In this document: positions 18,163 through 36,798 of the stretch, piece by piece
Numbering within the stretch: position 1 is the stretch's first letter
Layout: each line of letters begins with the position of its first letter
Assembly: GCF_042231735.1 (NCBI RefSeq)
Contig: NZ_CP102577.1
Span: 3,039,281-3,103,280 of the forward strand
Source: Corallococcus exercitus
GTDB taxonomy: Bacteria > Myxococcota > Myxococcia > Myxococcales > Myxococcaceae
Reading direction: 5' to 3'
DNA length: 64,000 nt
The notes under the pieces: generated by a model
The model's database searches: none
The model's input: only the letters and a program-made list of their open reading frames with translations
What the model was told of the DNA's origin: nothing
Translations under genes and position numbers: made by a program

Positions 18163-18846
18163 CTAGCGGGTGGTGAGGGTGAACTCCTCGGTCGCGTCCT
18201 GCGCGTCCGCAGCCGTCTTCTGGAAGCGGATGAGGGGCGTGTCAATCATCACGTTGCCGCCGCCCTCGTTGCCCTCGCCGATGATCACCTTGAAGACGTT
18301 CTGGGCGGACGTGCTGCGGCGGTTCCCTGTCGCCTGCTTGCGGGCAATCAGCGTCACCGCGTTCGCGCCGGGGCGCAACTGGCTGGTGATGTCCATCACC
18401 ACCTGGTCCTCGTTGTTGCGCAAACGACGCAGCCAGCGCGAGTTCACGTACACGTCGATGTCGAAGTCCGTCATGCCCGGCGTCGTCTGCTCCGTCACCA
18501 GCCAGTAGCGCTGGGTGATGCGCCCCGGCACGGACGTGGGCGCGGTGGGAGCAGCCGGCGCGGGCGCCTGCGCGACGACGCCCGCGTCCGGGGGCGTGGC
18601 GGCAGGCGGCGTGGCGGTGGATGGCGTCGCGGGCGTGGGCGTCACGGTCGTCACGCGGGCGGCGTACCCCGGCGCGTCGATGTGGACGTTTCCTTCCGCG
18701 TCGATGCGGACGGTGGCCTTCTCGAAGCGCGTGTTCGTCACACCGTCGATCTTCACGCCGTTCAGGAAGACCGAACCGGCGAGAGCCAGCATGGGAAGGA
18801 GCGAGGCCGCGACGGTGATGGCAATGCGGGCGGACGGGCGGGGCAT
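18163..18846 (-). CDS. secreted hypothetical protein with Pro/Thr/Ala linker
   Basis: ATG 18846 gives MPRPSARIAITVAASLLPMLALAGS signal; a central TPTPATPSTATPPAATPP linker precedes the C-terminal domain. Confidence 0.5.
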   Translation of the reverse strand: MPRPSARIAITVAASLLPMLALAGSVFLNGVKIDGVTNTRFEKATVRIDAEGNVHIDAPGYAARVTTVTPTPATPSTATPPAATPPDAGVVAQAPAPAAPTAPTSVPGRITQRYWLVTEQTTPGMTDFDIDVYVNSRWLRRLRNNEDQVVMDITSQLRPGANAVTLIARKQATGNRRSTSAQNVFKVIIGEGNEGGGNVMIDTPLIRFQKTAADAQDATEEFTLTTR

Positions 18847-19006
18847 GGGGGCATTTCTCCTGGGAATCCTCAACAGTCCCGGGAGCTTGCAACGACTTAG
18901 CGCACCCGGGGGAGCGGGACAAGGCGGGGACGGCCCCTCTTGGAGCGCTCCGCCGCCCCGAACATTCACCCGGGGGCCCGTCTTCCAGTCGGACCGCGGG
19001 GGCCCT

Positions 19007-19768
19007 TCAGGGCGCCGCGGTCGGCGTCTCGTCCGGCGTCGGCGGAGGCGGCTCGCGCTGCGCCAGCGCCCAGTCCCCGCCCAGGCCATGGCCCTCGCGG
19101 AAGCGGCGGAAGTCGCGCCGCACGGCCCGGGGATAGCGGCGGAACTTCTCCAGCTCCCCCGCCTTCATGGCATCCCGGATGCGCGTGGGGCCCGCGTTGT
19201 AGGCCATCAGCGCCATGTCCAGGTCCCCGCCGAAGCGGCCCTGCAGCGAGCGCAGGTAGCGGATGCCCAGGCGCACGCAGACGGCGGGGTCCGCCACCAC
19301 CTCCTCGCGCGACAGCTTCAGGCCTTCCTTCTCCGCCAGGAAGTGCAGCGTGCTGGGCTTGATCTGCATCAGCCCCCGGGCGCCCTTCTCGGAGACGGAC
19401 TCCTCCTCGAAGTCGGACTCCACGTCGATGAGGGCCAGCACTAGCAGCGGGTCATACCCCGTGCGGCGCGACTCCTCGTCGATGGCCTGCCCCAGCCGCC
19501 GGCGCAGCGTGAGCCCCAGGTCCGGGGCCCGCTTGGCCAGCACGGCGTCGATGAGCGCCGCCTCCTCGGAGATGGACTCCTGCGCCACCACCTCGGGGAC
19601 CACGGCCTGGGGGGCGGACTCCTCCAGGAGGGGCACCACCCGCGCGGACACCACGAGCGCCACGCCCGCGAGCAGCGGGAGCCGGGAGCACCCGCTGCTC
19701 AGGGCATGCAGCCCCGCGAAGAACCGCGTTCCCAGCGACCTGCCGCCCGAGGCGGCGGGGCCACTCAC
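19007..19768 (-). CDS. lytic transglycosylase (SLT domain)
   Basis: SLT motifs ...ESDFEEESVSEKGARGLMQIKPST ... AYNAGP; N-terminal membrane anchor. Confidence 0.75.
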   Translation of the reverse strand: MSGPAASGGRSLGTRFFAGLHALSSGCSRLPLLAGVALVVSARVVPLLEESAPQAVVPEVVAQESISEEAALIDAVLAKRAPDLGLTLRRRLGQAIDEESRRTGYDPLLVLALIDVESDFEEESVSEKGARGLMQIKPSTLHFLAEKEGLKLSREEVVADPAVCVRLGIRYLRSLQGRFGGDLDMALMAYNAGPTRIRDAMKAGELEKFRRYPRAVRRDFRRFREGHGLGGDWALAQREPPPPTPDETPTAAP

Positions 19769-20115
19769 TTACGGTGCTCCAGGGCCTGGATGCGTTCGTT
19801 CAGACGCTCCAGGCGGGCGCCGAAGGCCTGCAACTCCTCGCGGCGCGGCAGCTTCAGGAGGGTCAGGGCCGTGCGGACCCGCTCCTCCACGTTGTGCTCC
19901 AGGTCCTTGCGGTGCCCCGTCAGCCGCTCCGCGAACTCGCGGGCCTGACGCTTCACCTCGTCCTGGCTCCAGCCCGCGACGGACGCCACGCGCTGCACGG
20001 CGCGGGAAGCCTCCTCCTCCGCCGTGTTCACCGCCAGGAGCGCCTGGCTCCAGATCCGCTCGAACGCCTCCGCCACGGAAGGCTTCTCTCGGGGGGCCTC
20101 GGTGTTGTTGTCCAT
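19765..20115 (-). CDS. phasin-family (PHA granule-associated) protein
   Basis: Starts MDNNTEAPREK (ATG 20115), coiled-coil, phasin-like. 4-nt overlap with the SLT gene. Confidence 0.55.
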   Translation of the reverse strand: MDNNTEAPREKPSVAEAFERIWSQALLAVNTAEEEASRAVQRVASVAGWSQDEVKRQAREFAERLTGHRKDLEHNVEERVRTALTLLKLPRREELQAFGARLERLNERIQALEHRK

Positions 20116-20218
20116 GAAGTCGCTCCGGGAGTGACCCCGGGCCCTTCCGGTGGAAGGACCCTGGGCATTCAAAGGGGTTTGCGACCTAAGCACACCCCAT
20201 GGGTGATGGAAACGCTGC

Positions 20219-20680
20219 TCAGGCCCGCGGAGAAGACGCCGCGCCGCCCGAATTCTTGGTCGTCCGGTGGGCGCGCCGGGTGGGCTTCAGGAGCACATCC
20301 AGCTTCTTCGACAGGCGCCCCAGCTCGCGGGTGATCTGCTCCACCTGGGACTGGCTGGCAACTCCCACCGCCCCCACGACCTTCGCCTGGAATCCATCCA
20401 GCCGCTTGCGCAGCTCGACGCCCGCCTCGTCCACCTTCTTGGTCAGCTCCTGAACGCGGGGGTCCGCGCGCAGCTCACCCGCCTGGACCTTGGTCCACAG
20501 GGCCTGGACCTCCTTCGCCGCCACCTGGCCCTTCGTCTCCAGCGCGCGGAAGGCCTTGTTCGCCTCCCCTTCCAGGCCCTGGAACCGCTTCTGCGCCTCG
20601 GAGAACCGCCCCTTCAGGAAGGCCTCCACGTTCTGCGTCACGCCCTGCTTCTCCGCTGCCTTCGCACTCGTCGTCGTCAT
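20219..20680 (-). CDS. phasin-family protein
   Basis: 153 aa coiled-coil, phasin TIGR01837-like (KAAEKQGVTQNVEAFLKGRFSEAQKRF...). Confidence 0.55.
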   Translation of the reverse strand: MTTTSAKAAEKQGVTQNVEAFLKGRFSEAQKRFQGLEGEANKAFRALETKGQVAAKEVQALWTKVQAGELRADPRVQELTKKVDEAGVELRKRLDGFQAKVVGAVGVASQSQVEQITRELGRLSKKLDVLLKPTRRAHRTTKNSGGAASSPRA

Positions 20681-20727
20681 GTCGTGCTCCCCCCCGGCTG
20701 CTACCGGGTCAAATAACGTGATGCGTC

Positions 20728-20755
20728 AATGTAACGCACCGCGACATGCTGTCAA
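20728..20755 (-). promoter_or_regulatory. candidate sigma70-type promoter (TTGACA-16-TACATT) for the phasin gene
   Basis: On the minus strand, TTGACA (20755-20750) and TACATT (20733-20728) lie about 45 nt upstream of ATG 20680. Confidence 0.4.
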
Positions 20756-20776
20756 GCAGACAGAGGGCAGACTGTG

Positions 20777-20848
20777 CAAAACGAGAAAGCCGCCGCCCCG
20801 GCATGACACCAGGACGGCGGCTGGCTCACGAAGCGTCAGGGACGCTTC
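20777..20848 (-). terminator. rpoC terminator region (two hairpins plus a U-tract)
   Basis: Hairpin 20830-20848 (GAAGCGTC-agg-GACGCTTC) and hairpin 20788-20822 (AGCCGCCG...CGGCGGCT) on the minus strand are followed by TTTCTCGTTTTG. Confidence 0.55.
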
Positions 20849-20854
20849 GGGGAA

Positions 20855-25069
<4,215 letters not shown>

Positions 25070-25201
25070 GTTGCCTCCGAAAACTTATGAGCGCTCAGGG
25101 CGCCAAACGTTTCGGGCCCCCGCCCTGCGCCCGGCCAACCGCCCCCTCCACGAGGAAGCAGCCAGCCGGTCAGGCGGGCGCACCGGCTTCTTTGAAAAGG
25201 C

Positions 25202-29428
<4,227 letters not shown>

Positions 29429-29499
29429 TCGGTCTCCGGGGACGGCTGCTCGGGCGGGGCAAACTTCAGTAACGCGCGGCGGCGCCGGGAAATTTGGCA

Positions 29500-29544
29500 A
29501 ATGTCAAATGGGCAAAGCCGGCGCCCCAGCAAAGGGAGCGCCGG
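29500..29544 (-). terminator. rplL-rpoB intergenic attenuator hairpin
   Basis: Minus strand CCGGCGC-loop-GCGCCGG followed by CTTTGCCCATTTGACATT. The position matches the known rplL-rpoB attenuator of other bacteria. Confidence 0.4.
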
Positions 29545-29609
29545 CCTGCTCATCCGATCAGCAGGCTGCCCGGGATTTCCCGGAAGAACAGGGCAGCCCC
29601 TGTACAGAA

Positions 29610-29981
29610 CTACTTGATCTCGACGGTGGCGCCAGCCGCGGTGAGCTGGTCCTTGATCTTCTTGGCGTCGTCCTTGTTGACGCCTTCCTTGACCGTCTTG
29701 GGCGCGCCCTCGACCAGGTCCTTGGCCTCCTTCAGGCCCAGGCCGGTGATGGCGCGGATCTCCTTGATGACGTTGATCTTGTTGGCGCCGGCGTTCGCCA
29801 GCACCACGTTGAACTCCGTCTTCTCCTCGACAGGAGCAGCGGCGGCGGCGGGGCCAGCGGCGGCAACGGCCACGGCGGCGGCGGAAACGCCCCACTTCGC
29901 CTCAAGCTGCTTCACGAGCTCGGCCGCTTCCATGACGGTGAGCGAGGAGAGCTGGTCGACAATCGAATTCAGGTCAGCCAT
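29610..29981 (-). CDS. rplL: 50S ribosomal protein L7/L12
   Basis: 123 aa, [32 protein letters not shown]. Confidence 0.95.
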   Translation of the reverse strand: MADLNSIVDQLSSLTVMEAAELVKQLEAKWGVSAAAVAVAAAGPAAAAAPVEEKTEFNVVLANAGANKINVIKEIRAITGLGLKEAKDLVEGAPKTVKEGVNKDDAKKIKDQLTAAGATVEIK

Positions 29982-30073
29982 TGAACTGTGTCCTTCTGCG
30001 GTTGACTAACGGCGGGCGACCCGTCTGGGCTGCCACGCCGAAGAGGTTGCGGTAGAAAAACTTCTCGGGATGA

Positions 30074-30595
30074 TTACTGCCCCTGCGACTTGTCCGCGTT
30101 GGCCTGCAGCACCCGCGCGAGCTGCGACCCGGGGGCCGCGATGGTCCGAACCAGCTTGCCTGCCGGCTGGTTGAGCATGCCGAGCAACTGCCCGCGCAGC
30201 TCGTTGAGGCCCGGCATCTTCGCCAGCGCCTTCACGCCGTTGACGTCAATCTTCTTGCCGTCCACCACGGCGCTACGGACCTTGATGGTCTCCATGTCCT
30301 TGATGAAATCCATCAGGATCTTCGCAGGAGCCACCACGTCGTCGTAGCTGATGCACAGGGCCACGGGACCGGTGAAGTCATCCGAAATCACGGAGACGGA
30401 CGTGCCCTCAGCGGCACGGCGCGCCAGCGTGTTCTTGATGACCTTGTACTCGACCTTGCCCTCGCGGAACTTGCGACGCAGCTTGGTGACGGTCTCCACG
30501 TCCACCTTGGAGAACTCGGCGACAACCGCCGTCTTCGTCCGGGCGAACTTCTCGTGGAGCTCCTTGATCATCTCTTCCTTCTCGCTCTTCAGCAC
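30074..30595 (-). CDS. rplJ: 50S ribosomal protein L10
   Basis: 173 aa, conserved L10. Confidence 0.93.
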   Translation of the reverse strand: MLKSEKEEMIKELHEKFARTKTAVVAEFSKVDVETVTKLRRKFREGKVEYKVIKNTLARRAAEGTSVSVISDDFTGPVALCISYDDVVAPAKILMDFIKDMETIKVRSAVVDGKKIDVNGVKALAKMPGLNELRGQLLGMLNQPAGKLVRTIAAPGSQLARVLQANADKSQGQ

Positions 30596-30992
30596 CTTGA
30601 CTCACCTCCTTCATGGCCCGACCTGACGGTCGGGCGTGATGCCTGGGCCAAAGTGGCAGAGCGAGAGGGGGGCCTCCGAGAGGCACCACACCGCACCTCC
30701 AGTCTCGGCAGGGCTGACCTTGCGGTCGTTTGAACCAGGAGTGGATGGACGGCCCGACCGGTTGCCCGGTTCCCAACGGACGCGTCTTCTCCCTTCCAGG
30801 TCCCTGCTGTCATGAACCAGGTCGAAACGCCGCGTCTCTCGACATGGCGCTCCAATTGCAAAAGCCGGGGGCCTATACCCCCGGCTTTCGCAAAGATCCA
30901 GCACTTTCTATCGAGCTGACATTCTCCGGGCGATGGGACTGACGCTCCCCGTCAGGAAGCGCACCCTTCCCTGCCCGTCCTGACACCCGCGA
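30596..30992 (-). promoter_or_regulatory. rplJ (L10) leader region with terminator-like hairpin after rplA
   Basis: A 397-nt untranslated gap lies between rplA and rplJ, the classic position of the L10(L12)4 autoregulatory leader. Hairpin AAAGCCGGGGG-cctata-CCCCCGGCTTT at 30860-30887 is followed (minus strand) by TTTTGCAATT. Confidence 0.5.
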
Positions 30993-31706
30993 CTAGCGGT
31001 GACGCGCCAGGATTTCCGTGGTGTCGAGCTTGATGCCCGGCCCCATGGTCGTCGAGATGGCGATGCCCTTCAGGTACACGCCCTTGGCGGTGGCCGGCTT
31101 GAGCTTCATCACCAGGTCCACCAGCGCGTTGAAGTTCGCCTCGAGCTTGTCCGCGGCGAAGGAGGCCTTGCCCATCTTCGCGTGGACGATGCCCGCCTTC
31201 TCCGCGCGGAAGTCCACCTTACCGCCCTTGGAGTCGCGGATGGCCTTGGCGACGTCCATGGTCACCGTGCCGACCTTCGGGTTCGGCATGAGGCCACGGG
31301 GACCGAGCACCTTACCGAGGCGGCCGACGATGCCCATCATGTCCGGCGTCGCGATGACGGTGTCGAAGTCGAGGAAGCCCTCCTCGATGCGCTTCTGGAG
31401 GTCCTCGGCGCCCACGATGTCGGCGCCGGCATTGGCGGCCTCGGTGGCGCGCTCACCCTTGGCGAACACGGCCACGCGCACGGTGGCGCCGGTGCCGTGC
31501 GGGAGCACCACGGCGCCACGGACCATCTGGTCCGCGTGCTTCGGGTCCACGCCCAGGTTGATGGCGACGTCGACCGTCTGGTCGTACTTCGTCGCGCGGG
31601 TCTCGACCGTCTTCTTCAGCAGCGCGAAGCCCTCGGCGACGGCGTAGCGCTTGTTGCGGTCCACCAGCTCGTTGGACGCGCGGAACTTCTTTCCATTGGT
31701 AGCCAT
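30993..31706 (-). CDS. rplA: 50S ribosomal protein L1
   Basis: ATG 31706 gives [17 protein letters not shown]... Confidence 0.93.
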   Translation of the reverse strand: MATNGKKFRASNELVDRNKRYAVAEGFALLKKTVETRATKYDQTVDVAINLGVDPKHADQMVRGAVVLPHGTGATVRVAVFAKGERATEAANAGADIVGAEDLQKRIEEGFLDFDTVIATPDMMGIVGRLGKVLGPRGLMPNPKVGTVTMDVAKAIRDSKGGKVDFRAEKAGIVHAKMGKASFAADKLEANFNALVDLVMKLKPATAKGVYLKGIAISTTMGPGIKLDTTEILARHR

Positions 31707-31734
31707 GGCAGGAATCCTTGAGAGATGGGGCGGG

Positions 31735-32181
31735 CTAACCGACGACGTCGATGCCCATGGAGCGCGCGGTGCCGGCAATGGTGTTCATGCAGGCTTCGAT
31801 GGACGAGGCGGTGGTGTCCTGGATCTTCTTCTTGGCGATCTCTTCCACCTGCTGGCGGGTGATCTGCCCCACCTTCTCCTTGCCCGGCTTCTTCGCGCCC
31901 GAACCCTTCTTCTTCTCCGTGTGGAGACCCGCGGCCTTCTTGATGAGGATCGCGGCGGGAGGGGTCTTCAGGATGAAGGTGAAGGAGCGGTCCTGATACA
32001 CGGTGATGATCACCGGGATGATCAGACCCTCCTTGGCCTCCGCCTGCGTCTTGGCGTTGAACTGCTTGCAGAACTCCATGATGTTCACGCCCTGCTGACC
32101 GAGCGCGGGACCAATCGGCGGGGCGGGGTTCGCCTTGCCGGCGGGGATCTGCAACTTGACCTGACCTGTGACCTTCTTCAT
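31735..32181 (-). CDS. rplK: 50S ribosomal protein L11
   Basis: 148 aa, [37 protein letters not shown]. Confidence 0.95.
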   Translation of the reverse strand: MKKVTGQVKLQIPAGKANPAPPIGPALGQQGVNIMEFCKQFNAKTQAEAKEGLIIPVIITVYQDRSFTFILKTPPAAILIKKAAGLHTEKKKGSGAKKPGKEKVGQITRQQVEEIAKKKIQDTTASSIEACMNTIAGTARSMGIDVVG

Positions 32182-32289
32182 CGGCGGACTGCTGCCTTTC
32201 GAGAGGGTGGTTCCGACGGGCCGCCAGACGGGGCGACCCTCCCACCCGTTGATCCGCGCCCGGGTGACGGACGCGGAAGACTGGGGAAA

Positions 32290-32838
32290 CTAGCCGGTGG
32301 TCTTCTCCACCTGCATGAAGTCGAGCTCCACGGGGGTCGCACGGCCGAAGATGCTGACGAGCACGCGCACGCGGCCCTTCTCCGGGTTGACCTCTTCCAC
32401 GGTGCCATTGAAGTTCGCGAACGGGCCGTCGATGACGCGCACCGTGTCGCTGGTCTCGAACTGGACCTTGGGCTTGGCCTTGTGGGCGCCCTCGGTGACC
32501 TGCGCGGTGAGACGCTCGACCTCGCGGTCCGACATGGGCCGGGGCTGCTCGTTCTGGCCGACGCCCGGGAACCCCGTCACCTTGGAGGTGTTCTTCACCA
32601 GGTGGACGGTGGTGTCGCTGAGCTCCATCTGGACGAAGATGTAGCCCGGAAACAGCTTGCGGCGGGTGGTCTTCTTCTCGCCGTTCACCATCTCCACGAC
32701 CTGCTCCATGGGGATGAGGATCTCACCAATCAGATCCTGGTCCTGCAGGCCCTTGAGGCGCACCTGCTCTTCCAGGTTCTTCTTCGCCTGGTTCTCGTAG
32801 TTCGAGTAGGTCTGGACCGTGAACCATTTCTTCGCCAT
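32290..32838 (-). CDS. nusG: transcription termination/antitermination factor NusG
   Basis: ATG 32838 gives MAKKWFTVQTYSNYENQAKKNLEEQ; TAATG overlap with the secE stop. Confidence 0.9.
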   Translation of the reverse strand: MAKKWFTVQTYSNYENQAKKNLEEQVRLKGLQDQDLIGEILIPMEQVVEMVNGEKKTTRRKLFPGYIFVQMELSDTTVHLVKNTSKVTGFPGVGQNEQPRPMSDREVERLTAQVTEGAHKAKPKVQFETSDTVRVIDGPFANFNGTVEEVNPEKGRVRVLVSIFGRATPVELDFMQVEKTTG

Positions 32839-33281
32839 TACAGCTTCCCCCACAGGGCAGGCAGCCACTCCACCATCAAGTTGTAGGCGACGGTGTCGAT
32901 GCAGAAGAGCAGAACGGCCGCCACCAGCGAGGCGACGACCACGGCCATGGTCGACGCACGGGTCTCCGACCAGGTAGGCCAGGTGACCTTCATCAGCTCG
33001 GACGCCACGTCGATGGAGAGGGTGTGCGTACGGGGGTGGAAGTAGGCTGCCAGCACCAGGGCCAGGGCCGCCGCGTAGCCCACCAGCGTCGACACGCGCC
33101 AGCCGAGCCCTTCGAAGAGCTCCACGTCGTTCCAGCCGAACCGGCTCCAGAGCAACCCGAAGACGTGCTCCAGGAAGAGGGCCAGGACGATGCCGGTGAC
33201 GAGATAGAAGATGACCACGAGCCGCTTGGGGTCGATGCCCGAGCGGTTAGCCTGCTGGCTGGCCTCAGATGCCGTCGCCAT
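32838..33281 (-). CDS. secE: preprotein translocase subunit SecE
   Basis: Conserved position upstream of nusG; C-terminal TM helix. Confidence 0.75.
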   Translation of the reverse strand: MATASEASQQANRSGIDPKRLVVIFYLVTGIVLALFLEHVFGLLWSRFGWNDVELFEGLGWRVSTLVGYAAALALVLAAYFHPRTHTLSIDVASELMKVTWPTWSETRASTMAVVVASLVAAVLLFCIDTVAYNLMVEWLPALWGKL

Positions 33282-33314
33282 GGTGCCTCACGAGGGACTG
33301 CGGAAGCGGGACTG

Positions 33315-33360
33315 CGAAAAGGCAGGGACCCCCGGCACCGCTCGGTACCGGGGGTCCCTG
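33315..33360 (-). terminator. rho-independent terminator between tRNA-Trp and secE
   Basis: Minus strand 13-bp stem CAGGGACCCCCGG...CCGGGGGTCCCTG followed by CCTTTTCG. Confidence 0.55.
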
Positions 33361-33369
33361 TACTGAAGC

Positions 33370-33445
33370 TGGCAGGCCAGGAGGGATTCGAACCCCCAAC
33401 ACGCGGATTTGGAGACCGCTGCTCTACCGTTGGAGCTACTGGCCT
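33370..33445 (-). tRNA. tRNA-Trp (CCA)
   Basis: Minus-strand sequence AGGCCAGTAGCTCCAACGGTAGAGCAGCGGTCTCCAAATCCGC...GGTTCGAATCCCTCCTGGCCTGCCA: anticodon loop CT-CCA-AA, T-loop GGTTCGAATCC, encoded CCA. Confidence 0.85.
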
Positions 33446-33467
33446 AAACCTTCATGGAACGGACGAC

Positions 33468-33632
33468 CTAGACCTTGCCTTCCTTGTGGTCCGTGTGCTT
33501 GCGGCACCGAGGACAGAACTTGCTCAGCTCGAGCTTGTCCTGGCTCTTCCGCTTGTTCTTCGTGGTCGTGTAGTTCCGCTCTTTGCACGTGGTGCACTCG
33601 AGCGAGATGATGGAACGGTTACCCTTAGGCAT
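33468..33632 (-). CDS. rpmG: 50S ribosomal protein L33
   Basis: Not in the ORF track because it is short. Translates to [54 protein letters not shown]; conserved position between tuf and tRNA-Trp. Confidence 0.8.
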   Translation of the reverse strand: MPKGNRSIISLECTTCKERNYTTTKNKRKSQDKLELSKFCPRCRKHTDHKEGKV

Positions 33633-33726
33633 GGTTCATTTCACCAGATGCGAGAAGGGAAGGCTACAAAAGCAGCCCTCCCCTCCGCAACTCAGTGCCC
33701 GTGAAAGCCGGTCGGCGGGAAGCCGA

Positions 33727-34917
<1,191 letters not shown>

Positions 34918-34933
34918 GACACTCCTCGAAAAA

Positions 34934-35009
34934 TGGAGCCCTGAACCAGGATTGAACTGGTGACCTCATCCTTACCAAGGATGCGCTCTGCCAACTGAGC
35001 TATCAGGGC
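34934..35009 (-). tRNA. tRNA-Thr (GGT)
   Basis: Minus strand GCCCTGATAGCTCAGTTGGCAGAGCGCATCCTTGGTAAGGATG...GGTTCAATCCTGGTTCAGGGCTCCA. Confidence 0.85.
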
Positions 35010-35030
35010 TTGGCGATTCACTACAACGGT

Positions 35031-35106
<76 letters not shown>

Positions 35107-35115
35107 ATTGCCGAG

Positions 35116-35199
35116 TGGAGAGAGGTGGATTCGAACCACCGTAGGCGTAGAGCCGGCAGATTTACAGTCTGCTCCCTTTGGCCGCTCGGGCATCTCTCC
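35116..35199 (-). tRNA. tRNA-Tyr (GTA), long variable arm
   Basis: Minus strand GGAGAGATGCCCGAGCGGCCAAAGGGAGCAGACTGTAAATCTGC-variable arm-GGTTCGAATCCACCTCTCTCCA. The CCA end is not fully encoded. Confidence 0.8.
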
Positions 35200-35280
35200 A
35201 GATATTCGCTTGTGGTGCTGCGTGCTGCTCCCTACACCATCTCGCTGCGTCTCGGGCCCTTTTCCGCGGCCCGTCCTACC

Positions 35281-35354
35281 TGGCCGGCGGCGGGATTTGA
35301 ACCCGCGACCTACTGATTACAAATCAGTTGCTCTACCGACTGAGCTACACCGGC
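35281..35354 (-). tRNA. tRNA-Thr (TGT)
   Basis: Minus strand GCCGGTGTAGCTCAGTCGGTAGAGCAACTGATTTGTAATCAGTAGGTCGCGGGTTCAAATCCCGCCGCCGGCCA. Confidence 0.8.
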
Positions 35355-35480
35355 ATCCATCCAGCAACTGCCTCGCCCTACCTCATCCCGAGCGGACCGT
35401 CAACCCCTCGGCAGCGACTTGAGAGGCGCGACCTTTTAGAAGCCCCCACTCTCCAAGTCAAGGAGATTGATCCGGGGTCA

Positions 35481-36281
35481 TCAGCGGGAAGGACGGCCCC
35501 GCTGACGGGCGACCTCGTATAGCAGAATCGCGGCGGAAACCGAGGCATTCAGTGAACCAACCTGACCGCCCATGGGAATCCGGAGGCGGAAGTCGCAGTG
35601 CTTGAGGACGCCTTCCCTCACGCCCGCCCCCTCGGCCCCCACCACCAGCGCCAGGGGTCCGTCCAGCCGGGCGCTCCACAGGGGCTCTGCACCCTCGATG
35701 TCCGCGGCCGCGACCCAGAGGCCCGCTTCCTTCAGCTCCTCCAGGGCGCGGGAGATGTTGGTGACGCGCGCGATGGGGCAGTACTCGACGGCGCCCGCGG
35801 AGGCCTTGGCCACCGTGCCCGTCACCTGAACGGCCCGGTCCTTGGCCAGGACGACGCCGTGGGCTCCGAGTGCGTGGGCCGAGCGGATGATGGCGCCCAG
35901 GTTGTGCGGATCCTGGATGCCGTCGAGCACGACGACGAGCGCGGGCTGCTTCTTGGCCTTCGCCGCCTCCAGCACGTCCTCCAGGTCGACGTACTGGAAG
36001 CCGCGTAGCTCGGCGACGACGCCCTGGTGCACGCCGCCCTCGGCCATGGACGTCAGCCGCTCCCGGCCGACCTTCTCCACCCGGACGCCCGCGTCGCGCG
36101 CGCGGCTGAGCAGCTCGCCCGCGGCCTTGGCGCCTACCTGCCCGTCGACGATGAAGAGGCGCTCCACCGCGTCCGGGTGGGCCCTCAGGGCCTCCAGCAC
36201 GGGGTTGACGCCATGGACGTAGCGCGGGGCTTCGTGGCCGCCGCGGTCGCCGCCGGAAGGCTTCGGGGAGCGCTCTCGCAT
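35481..36281 (-). CDS. rlmB: TrmH/SpoU-family 23S rRNA 2'-O-methyltransferase (RlmB-like)
   Basis: Motifs LVVVLDGIQDPHNLGAIIRSAHALG and IPMGGQVGSLNASVSAAILLYE. Confidence 0.8.
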   Translation of the reverse strand: MRERSPKPSGGDRGGHEAPRYVHGVNPVLEALRAHPDAVERLFIVDGQVGAKAAGELLSRARDAGVRVEKVGRERLTSMAEGGVHQGVVAELRGFQYVDLEDVLEAAKAKKQPALVVVLDGIQDPHNLGAIIRSAHALGAHGVVLAKDRAVQVTGTVAKASAGAVEYCPIARVTNISRALEELKEAGLWVAAADIEGAEPLWSARLDGPLALVVGAEGAGVREGVLKHCDFRLRIPMGGQVGSLNASVSAAILLYEVARQRGRPSR

Positions 36282-36286
36282 GGGGA

Positions 36287-36733
36287 CTACTGGACCTCCA
36301 CGGGCAGCGAGAAGGTCTTCTTCTGACGGGCGCAGATCTTCTCCGTGCAGATGAAGAAGGTCAGCGTCGCGTCCAGCGTGCCCTTGCCGGCGGACACCAC
36401 GGTGAAGGGGACCTCGAAGCGCGGATCCACGAACTGCTGGCCGTCCGCCTTCTTCGCCACCGACTGTTCACGGGTCAGCGTCTTCTGGGCGGGCGTCAGC
36501 TGCGTGCCCTTCAGCTCCAGCTTCAGCGGGGCCTCGTCGGAGACGTGGGCGCCGGGCTTCGACTTGATGGCGAGCACGAACGTGCCCTGCCCTCCGGCCT
36601 TCACCTGCGTCGACGTCCCCTCGGTGGTGACTTCATAGAGGGTGGCGGGGTCCACGTCCTGGGCCAACACCGGCGCGCCGACGAGCGTCAGCAGCAGGGG
36701 GGCCAGGGTCGGGAGGCGGCGGGGGCTGGGCAT
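36287..36733 (-). CDS. secreted hypothetical protein
   Basis: Signal peptide MPSPRRLPTLAPLLLTLVGAPVLAQD; C-terminal CTEKIC pair. Confidence 0.5.
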   Translation of the reverse strand: MPSPRRLPTLAPLLLTLVGAPVLAQDVDPATLYEVTTEGTSTQVKAGGQGTFVLAIKSKPGAHVSDEAPLKLELKGTQLTPAQKTLTREQSVAKKADGQQFVDPRFEVPFTVVSAGKGTLDATLTFFICTEKICARQKKTFSLPVEVQ

Positions 36734-36798
36734 GGGGGTCTCCAGGAAGGCGGCGTTCGTATACCGGGGCTTCGGACGCGCGGGGAGCGCTTTCTCTT

